A stretch of DNA of 42,690 nucleotides from an uncultured Coriobacteriaceae bacterium (GTDB taxonomy: Bacteria > Actinomycetota > Coriobacteriia > Coriobacteriales > Atopobiaceae), in assembly GCA_902795635.1 (NCBI GenBank), contig CADBMC010000008.1:1-42690 (forward strand). Reading direction: 5' to 3'. Position numbers and translations under genes: made by a program. The notes under the pieces were generated by a model, which worked only from the letters and a program-made list of their open reading frames with translations, was not told the origin of the DNA and searched no databases. Shown here in pieces: positions 27,154-34,502 of the stretch; positions within the stretch are counted from its first letter, which is position 1, and the number at the start of each line of letters is the position of its first letter.

Positions 27154-28104
27154 CTAGGCCAAGAGGCCGAACCACACGATGACCAGGGCGCCCAGCACGA
27201 TGCGGTACCACCCGAACGGCTTGAAGTCGTGCTTGCGCACGAACCCCATGAGGAACCGGATGCAGGCGAGCGATATGACGAACGCCACGGCGCAGCCCAC
27301 GAGCAGGATGGCGGCCTCGGGCGTGGTGAACGCGTTGCCCTTGAGGAAGAACCTCACGAGGCGCAGCCCGCTCGCGCCGAACATGACGGGGATGGCCAGG
27401 TAGAACGTGAACTCGGCGGCCACGGCGCGCGAGCAGCCGAGAAGGAGGCCGCCGATGATGGTCGAGCCGGAGCGCGAGGTGCCCGGCACGATGGAGAGGA
27501 CCTGGAAGAGCCCGATGCCCAGGACCGTCTTCCAGTCCAGGTCGCGGATTTCCTTCACGCGCGCCTCGGCGTCGGCCAGCTCGGTGGCCGTGAGGTCCGG
27601 CGAGGAGGCCATGTGCCGCGGGCGATGGCCTGCCGAGTGCACCAGCTGGCCTCCTCCCTGCCCCGCCCCGCCGATGCGAAGCGCCGCCCTCTCGCGCGAG
27701 TCCTCGATGAGGATGAAGGCAACGCCGTAGACGATGAGCGCCGCGGCGATCACGAAGGGGCTGCCGAGGTTCTCCTCCATCCAGCTGTCGAGCGGGATGC
27801 CCACGATGGCGGCGGGCAGGCAGGCCACGATTGTCTTGCCCCAGAGGCTCCAGGTGTCACGCTTCTCGGCGGCGTCCTTGGAGCCGGAGAACGGGTTGAT
27901 CCTGTCGAAGAAGACGACGATGACGGCGATGATGGCCCCGAGCTGGATGACCACGAGGAACATGTCCCAGAAGTCCTTCGACACGTCGAGCGCCAGGAAC
28001 TGCTGGAGCAGCAGCATGTGGCCGGTGGAGGAGATGGGCAGCCATTCGGTGACGCCCTCGACGATGCCGTACACGGCGGCTATGAGCAGCTGAACGAAAT
28101 CCAT
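27154..28104 (-). CDS. uppP: Undecaprenyl-diphosphate phosphatase (BacA/UppP)
   Basis: Internal start MDFVQLLIAAVYGIVEGVTEWLPISSTGHMLL (316 aa; AAGGAGA SD). The second conserved motif is PGTSRSGSTIIGG. It carries a central insertion of about 40 aa relative to my recollection of B. subtilis UppP. Confidence 0.9.
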   Translation of the reverse strand: MDFVQLLIAAVYGIVEGVTEWLPISSTGHMLLLQQFLALDVSKDFWDMFLVVIQLGAIIAVIVVFFDRINPFSGSKDAAEKRDTWSLWGKTIVACLPAAIVGIPLDSWMEENLGSPFVIAAALIVYGVAFILIEDSRERAALRIGGAGQGGGQLVHSAGHRPRHMASSPDLTATELADAEARVKEIRDLDWKTVLGIGLFQVLSIVPGTSRSGSTIIGGLLLGCSRAVAAEFTFYLAIPVMFGASGLRLVRFFLKGNAFTTPEAAILLVGCAVAFVISLACIRFLMGFVRKHDFKPFGWYRIVLGALVIVWFGLLA

Positions 28105-28225
28105 GCTCTCCTTTCGCGGCGCCGCCGGCGGACCTGCCGCAGGCGCCCTAGGCGACAAGCCTGCCCATTGTCGCGCTATGGCTCGCGCCCGCGGCTCCGA
28201 TACGAGAAAACCATGGGACGATGGG

Positions 28226-28231
28226 TAGACT
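28226..28231 (+). promoter_or_regulatory. Putative usp promoter -10 (TAGACT)
   Basis: ATGGGTAGACTCACG lies about 64 nt upstream of the usp ATG. Pattern-based call only. Confidence 0.35.
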
Positions 28232-28294
28232 CACGCTAACGAAGCGGGCGGCGCGTCGCCCAAGGCGCTCGCCCGCCCTACGAGGGAGGCAGCG

Positions 28295-28744
28295 ATGATC
28301 AACTTCGAGGAAATGGGCTACGACCGCGTCTTCGTCTCGCTCGACGGCACCGAGTGCCAGGACAACGTCTTCCGCCGCGCCATGACGGTCGCCGCAGGCA
28401 ACAACTCCGAGCTCTACATCGGCCACGTCATCGACTCCACGGCGCTCGAGACGGCAGGCACCTATCCCGTTGACCTCATCCCGGCGCTCGAGAAGTCGTT
28501 CCGCGACTCCATAGCCCCGCTGCTCGCGGAGGCCGAGGCCGAGCCGCGCATCAAGAAGGTCGAGGTCATCGTCAAGACGGGGCGCATCCGCGAGACGCTC
28601 AAGGACGAGATGCTTGACGTGGTGAGGCCTGACATCGTTATCTGCGGCGCCCGCGGCCTCTCGCCCATCAAGTATGCGTTGCTGGGCTCCATCTCCACGT
28701 TCCTGCTCCGCTCCTGCGACTGCGACATCCTGGTCGTGAAGTAG
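28295..28744 (+). CDS. Universal stress protein (UspA family)
   Basis: 149 aa. Reads VFVSLDGTECQDNVFRRAM...LYIGHVID...IVICGARGLSPIKYALLGSISTFLLRSCDCDILVVK. SD is GAGGGAGG. Confidence 0.88.
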   Translation: MINFEEMGYDRVFVSLDGTECQDNVFRRAMTVAAGNNSELYIGHVIDSTALETAGTYPVDLIPALEKSFRDSIAPLLAEAEAEPRIKKVEVIVKTGRIRETLKDEMLDVVRPDIVICGARGLSPIKYALLGSISTFLLRSCDCDILVVK

Positions 28745-28927
28745 TGCCCGCTGCTCGCCCCGCGTTCCTCCGTGCCGGCCCGCCGGCGCCCTGCCGCTCG
28801 ACTGCCCGTCGTCCCCGCCCATAAGGCCTGCGGTATGCAGGAATTATGGGGAATGCGTTTTTGCGGTAGTCTTTTGAAATCTGACCATGGGCTGCAACAT
28901 GCCGAAACGGGGACACGGAGGGAAGAG

Positions 28928-30001
28928 ATGACCAACCACGCACGCCTCGTGCGCATCTTCGCGCTGTGCTGCGGCGTCGCCGTGGCCTGCTGCTGCGTGC
29001 TCTTCGGCGCCGCGCCCGCGCTGGCAGAGGACTCCTCCCTCGACGAGCTGCAGCAGAAGGTCCAGGAGACCTCGGAGGCCTACGAGTCGGCGAAGTCCGA
29101 GCTCGAGGACGTCCAGGCGAAGATCGACGAGAACGAGCAGCGCATAGCCGAGCTCGAGGCGCAGATCCCCGACCAGCGCAAGAAGGCCGCGGACGCCATC
29201 TCCGCCACCTACAAGATGCAGCAGGGCGGGTCGAGCCTCATCACGCTGCTCCTCTCGGCCGAGGACTTCAACGAGTTCGTCACCACGATGAGCTACCTGA
29301 ACGTCATCTCCTCGAAGAACGCCGACGCCCTCACCGAGCTCGTGAGCATGCAGGACGAGCTGGAGTCCACGAAGGCCGAGCTCCAGAAGGAGCGCGAGTC
29401 CGCCGAGGACAAGCTCGCCGAGGCCCAGAAGGCCATGCAGGAGGCCACCGCCGCGCGCGAGGCCGCGCAGGCGGCCGCCGACGAGCAGGAGAAGCAGGAC
29501 CAGGAGGCCGCCCAGGCCGCCATCCAGCAGGCCCAGGCGGCAGGCCAGAACACCTCCACCGGGACCACCTCCTCCGGCAACACCTTCGAGGTGGAGACGC
29601 CCACCGACGGCGGCACCTCCAACGTGGACTGGTCCGACGGCGAGCAGGAGTTCGTGAGCTCCTGGGGCGCGCGCATCGACGCCTACCTGGCGGGGTCGCC
29701 GCTCGCAGGCCACGGCGCCACCTTCGCGCAGGCCGCCTGGGACTACGGCGTGGACCCGCGCTGGTCGCCGGCGATCGCGTGCATCGAGAGCAGCAAGGGC
29801 CTCTACTGCTTCCTCCCCCACAACGCATGGGGCTGGGGCAACTCGAGCTGGCCGGACTGGGACACCGCGATCCGCGCGCATGTCGCGGGGCTCGCCAGCG
29901 GCTATGGCTACACCATCTCCTACGAGGCCGCGAAGCGCTACTGCCCGCCGAACGCCGCCTTCTGGTACTCGTCCGTGCTCGCGCAGATGCAGCGCATCTA
30001 G
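28928..30001 (+). CDS. Secreted coiled-coil protein with a C-terminal lysozyme-like/transglycosylase-like domain (putative peptidoglycan hydrolase, PcsB-like architecture)
   Basis: I prefer the ATG at 28928 (357 aa; GGAGGG SD). The signal peptide is MTNHARLVRIFALCCGVAVACCCVLFGAAPALA/ED. About 200 aa of heptad-like E/Q/A/K-rich coiled coil follow, then a T/S/G linker. The C-terminal domain carries AIACIESSKG, an ES motif as in SLT/lysozyme-like folds. Domain assignment is tentative. Confidence 0.6.
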   Translation: MTNHARLVRIFALCCGVAVACCCVLFGAAPALAEDSSLDELQQKVQETSEAYESAKSELEDVQAKIDENEQRIAELEAQIPDQRKKAADAISATYKMQQGGSSLITLLLSAEDFNEFVTTMSYLNVISSKNADALTELVSMQDELESTKAELQKERESAEDKLAEAQKAMQEATAAREAAQAAADEQEKQDQEAAQAAIQQAQAAGQNTSTGTTSSGNTFEVETPTDGGTSNVDWSDGEQEFVSSWGARIDAYLAGSPLAGHGATFAQAAWDYGVDPRWSPAIACIESSKGLYCFLPHNAWGWGNSSWPDWDTAIRAHVAGLASGYGYTISYEAAKRYCPPNAAFWYSSVLAQMQRI

Positions 30002-30074
30002 CCTCGCGCATCCGGCATCGGTCCCTTGCCGCGGGGTCCAAGGCCGCGCCGGGTCCGCCTTGCCCCCTCTGCCC

Positions 30075-30080
30075 TAGAAT
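30075..30080 (+). promoter_or_regulatory. Putative -10 (TAGAAT) for the M16C / dehydratase-like operon
   Basis: TGCCCTAGAATGG lies about 80 nt upstream of the preferred M16C start. Pattern-based call only. Confidence 0.35.
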
Positions 30081-30158
30081 GGAATGCCACGAAGGCCGCC
30101 CGGGCGCCATGCGTCGCGCGCGGGCCCGGCCAGACGCTTCTTGCGAGGAGGGCTCATC

Positions 30159-33100
30159 ATGGGGGAAATGACCAGGCGTGACGACGCTCGCAGCGAGGGG
30201 GCCCGCGACTTCATGGAGCCCGACCCCGCGCTTGCCGTGGGCACCGTGCACGAGGGCTTCGAGGTCGTGCGCGTGGAGACCGTCGAGGAGATCGGCGGCA
30301 CCTGCTACGTGATGCGCCATGTGGCTACGGGGGCGCGCCTCATGTGGCTCGCCTGCCCCGACGAGAACCGCGCCTTCGCCATAGGCTTCAAGACCCCACC
30401 CGCCGACGACACGGGCGTCTTCCACATCATCGAGCACTCGGTGCTGGACGGCTCTGCGCTCTATCCCACCAAGGAGCCCTTCGTTCACCTGCTCAAGAGC
30501 TCGATGCAGACCTTCCTGAACGCGCTCACCTATCCGGACAAGACCGTCTACCCCGTGGCGTCCACCAACGTCAAGGACCTCGAGAACCTCATGGCCGTCT
30601 ACCTGGACGCCGTGCTCGACCCCAACATCTACCGCAGGCCGCGCATCTTCGAGCAGGAGGGCTGGCACCTCGAGCTCGCGGGCTCGGGCGACGACCGCAG
30701 GCTCGTGCGCAACGGCATCGTCCTGAACGAGATGAAGGGCGTCATGCAGGACCCCGACTCGGTGCTCTACGACGAGCTCGGCCGCGCCCTGTTCCCCGAC
30801 ACGTGCTACCGCTTCGAGAGCGGAGGCGACCCCGCGGCCATCCCCACCCTCACCTACGAGGGGTTCGTCGACGCCCATGCGCGCCACTACGTGCTCCCCA
30901 ACAGCTACTCCTTCCTCTACGGCGACCTCGACATAGACCGCGAGCTCGCCTTCGTGGGGAGCCGCTTCGACGCGGCGCCCGTCCGCGATGTCGGCGCGCC
31001 CAACCCGCTTGCCCGCCAGGCTCCCGTGGCGCCTGCCCCAGTGCGCAAGGAGATGCCCACGACGCCGGAGAACGCCTGCTGCGGCGTGGCGTTCGTCCTA
31101 CCCGACGCCAGCCGCGAGACCACGCTCGCCGCGAACGTACTGCTCGACGCGCTGATGGGCTCGAACGAGGCGCCGCTCAAGCGCGAGCTGCTCTCGCTCG
31201 GGCTCGCCGACGACGTGACGGGCACGGTGGCCGACCAGGTGCTCCAGCCCTACGTGGTCTTCGAGGCCAAGGGCACGAGGCCGGACGCGGCCGGGCGCTT
31301 CGAGGGTGCCCTGCGCGACGCCTGCAGGCGCATCTGCGAGGCGGGCATCGACCGGCAGCTCCTCGAGGCCTCGCTCGCCCGCATCGAGTTCGAGCTCCGC
31401 GAGCACGACTTCCGCTTCTACACCGACGGCGTCGCCTATGCCGTGCGCTCGCTTTCCACCTGGCTCTACGACGATGACGACCCCTGCTCCGGCCTCCGCT
31501 ACGAGGACGCGATCGAGGGCATCAAGGGCATGCTCGCACCCGGCGGGTTCGAGCGCCTCCTGGAGGGGCTCGTCCTTGCGAACCCGCACCACGCTTTCGT
31601 GGAGGTCGCTCCCGTGGAGGGCGTCCAGGGAGCCGCCGAGGCGGCCGAGCTCGACGCCCAGCTCGCCGCCATGGGCCCCGAAGAGATCGCGGACGTGGAG
31701 GAGGAGGCCGAGGCGCTCGCAGCCGAGCAGGCGGCCCCCGACTCCCCCGAGGCCATAGCGAGCCTGCCGCGCCTCACGGTAGCCGACGTGGGCGAGGCGC
31801 CCGCGGAGCCTGCCACCGAGAAGGTCGAGGCGCCGTTCCCCTGCGTCCGCCACGCCATCCCCACCGACCGCATCTGCTACGTGCGCGGGTCGTTCGACCT
31901 CTCCTGCCTGGCCTTCGACGAGCTCCCCTACGCGAGCGTGCTCGCCGACGTGCTCGGCAAGCTCGGCACCGCCACGCGCACGGCATCCGAGCTGGACATG
32001 GTCTGCGAGCGCGACCTGGGAAGCCTCGCCTTCTACACGAGCGCGTACTGCCTGTTCGACGAGCCGGACAGCTGCTTCGCCAAGCTCGGCGTCTCCACGA
32101 GCGTGCTCTCCGAGAAGGTGGAGGAGGCGGCCCGCATCCCTGCCGAGATCTGGTCGCAGACCGACTTCCGCGACCACGACCGCATCCGCGACATCCTCAC
32201 CCAGAGCAAGCTCGACCTCGAGCAGCTCTTCCTCAACGACGGCCACACCTACGCCATGGCGCGCTCGGCCTCGTACTTCTCGCGCAAAGCGCTGCTCGAG
32301 GAGCAGCTCTCGGGCGTGGACTACTACCTGTTCCTGAAGGGGCTGCTCGCGCGCTTCGACGAGCGCTTCGACGGGCTCGTGGCCAAGCTCGAGGACATCT
32401 CCCGGCGCGTCTTCCGCTCCGGCAACCTGAGCGTGAGCTTCACCGGCCCCTCCGAGGACCTCGAGCGCTGGCTTGGCGCCGCCGAGGGCCTCTCGCTTCT
32501 CGCCGAGAGCGCCCCCAGCCTGCTCGCCGTGCCCGAGCCGCGCGTGCGCGACGAGGCCTTCGTCGTGCCCGGCAACGTGTGCTACGTGGGCGAGACGCTC
32601 GACCTCAGGGGCACGGGCGCGAGCATGGGCGGCACGTGGTCGGTCGCGAGCCGGGTGCTCTCGCTCGCCTACCTCTGGAACGAGGTCCGCGTGCGCGGCG
32701 GCGCCTACGGCTGCGGCTTCCGCAGCTACGACGACGGCTTCGCGCGCCTCTACTCCTATCGCGACCCCGCCGTGGACCCGACGCTTGCCGCCTACGACGC
32801 GGCAGCGTCCTGGCTTTCGGACTGGCAGCCGAGCGAGGAGGAGCTCGAGGGCTTCGTGATCTCCACCGTCGCCGGCTACGACACCCCGCTCAAGCCGCGC
32901 CAGCTGGCGATGAGGCAGGACGTGCTCCGCGAGACGCATCACCCCGCGGGCTGGCACGACAGGATGCGTGCCGAGGCGCTCGCGAGCACCGCGGACGACG
33001 TCCGTGCGCTGGCGGCCACGCTCTCCAGCCCCGAGGTGCGCCGCGGCGTGTGCGTCTTCGGCGGCAGGGCGCCCATCGAGGCCTCGTCGCGCGGCTTCGA

Positions 33101-33173
33101 GGTGATCGCGCTCATGGACGGCGGCGCCGCGGGAGCGCAGGGCGCCGAGCCGGCCACGCGGGCGAGGGGCTAG
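30159..33173 (+). CDS. Insulinase-family zinc metallopeptidase, M16C (PreP-like, about 1000 aa single chain)
   Basis: I prefer the ATG at 30159 (1004 aa; GAGGAGGG 6 nt upstream). It has the inverted zinc motif HIIEH and the downstream LNEMKG glutamate motif. Its four-domain length is typical of M16C/PreP-like enzymes. Confidence 0.88.
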   Translation: MGEMTRRDDARSEGARDFMEPDPALAVGTVHEGFEVVRVETVEEIGGTCYVMRHVATGARLMWLACPDENRAFAIGFKTPPADDTGVFHIIEHSVLDGSALYPTKEPFVHLLKSSMQTFLNALTYPDKTVYPVASTNVKDLENLMAVYLDAVLDPNIYRRPRIFEQEGWHLELAGSGDDRRLVRNGIVLNEMKGVMQDPDSVLYDELGRALFPDTCYRFESGGDPAAIPTLTYEGFVDAHARHYVLPNSYSFLYGDLDIDRELAFVGSRFDAAPVRDVGAPNPLARQAPVAPAPVRKEMPTTPENACCGVAFVLPDASRETTLAANVLLDALMGSNEAPLKRELLSLGLADDVTGTVADQVLQPYVVFEAKGTRPDAAGRFEGALRDACRRICEAGIDRQLLEASLARIEFELREHDFRFYTDGVAYAVRSLSTWLYDDDDPCSGLRYEDAIEGIKGMLAPGGFERLLEGLVLANPHHAFVEVAPVEGVQGAAEAAELDAQLAAMGPEEIADVEEEAEALAAEQAAPDSPEAIASLPRLTVADVGEAPAEPATEKVEAPFPCVRHAIPTDRICYVRGSFDLSCLAFDELPYASVLADVLGKLGTATRTASELDMVCERDLGSLAFYTSAYCLFDEPDSCFAKLGVSTSVLSEKVEEAARIPAEIWSQTDFRDHDRIRDILTQSKLDLEQLFLNDGHTYAMARSASYFSRKALLEEQLSGVDYYLFLKGLLARFDERFDGLVAKLEDISRRVFRSGNLSVSFTGPSEDLERWLGAAEGLSLLAESAPSLLAVPEPRVRDEAFVVPGNVCYVGETLDLRGTGASMGGTWSVASRVLSLAYLWNEVRVRGGAYGCGFRSYDDGFARLYSYRDPAVDPTLAAYDAAASWLSDWQPSEEELEGFVISTVAGYDTPLKPRQLAMRQDVLRETHHPAGWHDRMRAEALASTADDVRALAATLSSPEVRRGVCVFGGRAPIEASSRGFEVIALMDGGAAGAQGAEPATRARG

Positions 33174-33176
33174 CGC

Positions 33177-34502
33177 ATGGCGGACACCGGACGCTCCGCC
33201 CAGGTGGTGGGCTGGTTCGGGCGCACGCTCGACCGCCACATCGCCGACTCCCCCGACGGCGTGCGCCGCGCGCTCCTTGCCGGCTTCGCGCTCAAGCGCT
33301 GGCAGACGCGCCATCTGCCGAGCAAGGGGCTCCTGCCCTCGGGCCAGATGGCCGCGCGCCTCTCGCTCGAGCACATCGTGGGGGCGCTCGAGCATCCCGA
33401 CGAGATGGTGGTGACCTCCATCTTCCTGCCCACCGAGCCGTTCCTGGCCATGGGACTGCGCCCGGTCACGGCCGAGGCTCTCTCGCAGTTCGTCTCGGGC
33501 GCCTGGGCGGAGGACGGCTTCGCCAGGGCGGCCGAGGATGCCGGCGTGCCGGACACGTTCTGCTCCTACCACCGTGTGCTCCTGGGCACGGCGGAGAGCG
33601 GCGTGATGAGCGCGCCGCCCATGGTGGCAAGCTGCTCGGTCGCCTGCGACGCGAACAACCTCACGTTCTCTGCGCTGCAGCGCATCTGGGGGTGCTCGCG
33701 GAGCTACGTGGATGTGCCCTACGAGCCCACGCCCGAGGCCTGCCGCTACGTTGCGGGGCAGCTGAGGTCCTGCGCCAAGCAGGCGGAGGAGACCTTCGGC
33801 CGTGCCCTCGACGAGGACCTGCTGCGCGAGATGTGCGCACGCTCGCGCGAGACGCTCGAGGTCGCGCGCCACAGCCTCGCCGGCCGCGCGCGGCGCTGGC
33901 TCGACAACGACATGACGACGGAGCTCTACTTCGCCCTGGCCGAGCACCTGATGCTGGGCACGCCGGAGGCCCACGAGCTCTACCGCACGCTCGACGAGGA
34001 GCAGGCGTCCATGCGCGCCTTCGGGGGGACGTCGCTTCTCTGGGTGCACATGCCCCCGTACCACCTGGTGCCGTTCCAGCAGATGCTCAACGAGAGCGAC
34101 GACGTGCAGATCGCCTGCTGCGACATGGGCTACGACCTGGTCCCCTTCGACGGGGGCTGGTGGTTCGGCGACGGCGACCCCTGGCTCTCCATGGCCGAGC
34201 GGCTCGTGCGCTGCTCGTTCAACGGGCCGGCGACGCGACGCGTTGCGCAGGCACGGGAGCTCGCGCGCCTCACCGGGGCGGACGCCGCCGTCGTCTTCTG
34301 CCACTGGGGCTGCAAGCAGACGATGGGCGCGGCGCAGCTCATGCGCGAGGCACTCGAGGCGGACGGCCTGCCCGTGCTCGTGATCGACGGGGACGGCTGC
34401 ATGCGCTCGGGCTGCTCGGCAGGGCAGATGTCCACCCGCCTCACGGCGTTCCTCGAGATGGTGCGCACGCGTTCGGGACGAGAGATGGGAGGCATCGGGT
34501 GA
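33177..34502 (+). CDS. 2-hydroxyacyl-CoA dehydratase family protein (HgdA/B, BcrC/BadD-like; HGD-D type component)
   Basis: 441 aa. Family-like features are TSIFLPTEPFLAMGLRPV and Cys motifs FCSYHRV, SCSVACDANN, FCHWGCKQ and DGDGCMRSGCS. It starts 3 nt after the M16C stop, with the SD inside the M16C 3' end. Confidence 0.75.
   Translation: MADTGRSAQVVGWFGRTLDRHIADSPDGVRRALLAGFALKRWQTRHLPSKGLLPSGQMAARLSLEHIVGALEHPDEMVVTSIFLPTEPFLAMGLRPVTAEALSQFVSGAWAEDGFARAAEDAGVPDTFCSYHRVLLGTAESGVMSAPPMVASCSVACDANNLTFSALQRIWGCSRSYVDVPYEPTPEACRYVAGQLRSCAKQAEETFGRALDEDLLREMCARSRETLEVARHSLAGRARRWLDNDMTTELYFALAEHLMLGTPEAHELYRTLDEEQASMRAFGGTSLLWVHMPPYHLVPFQQMLNESDDVQIACCDMGYDLVPFDGGWWFGDGDPWLSMAERLVRCSFNGPATRRVAQARELARLTGADAAVVFCHWGCKQTMGAAQLMREALEADGLPVLVIDGDGCMRSGCSAGQMSTRLTAFLEMVRTRSGREMGGIG

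Noticed and set aside
28800-28927. Possible c-di-AMP (ydaO-type) riboswitch upstream of the wall-hydrolase gene. This was suggested by ACGGGGAC and GGGGAAUG strings and by the known association of that riboswitch with actinobacterial wall hydrolases.
   Set aside because: The region is too short. The two G-rich elements are in the wrong order, and the conserved CCGACAGCUAACC-type 3' element, as I recall the consensus, is absent. A cmsearch with Rfam RF00379 would settle it, and I expect no hit.
30084-30158. Upstream in-frame ATG (30084) for the M16C peptidase.
   Set aside because: It lies only 4 nt after the TAGAAT -10-like hexamer and has no SD. The added 25 residues are Arg/Pro/Gly-rich. 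The ATG at 30159 has GAGGAGGG at ideal spacing.
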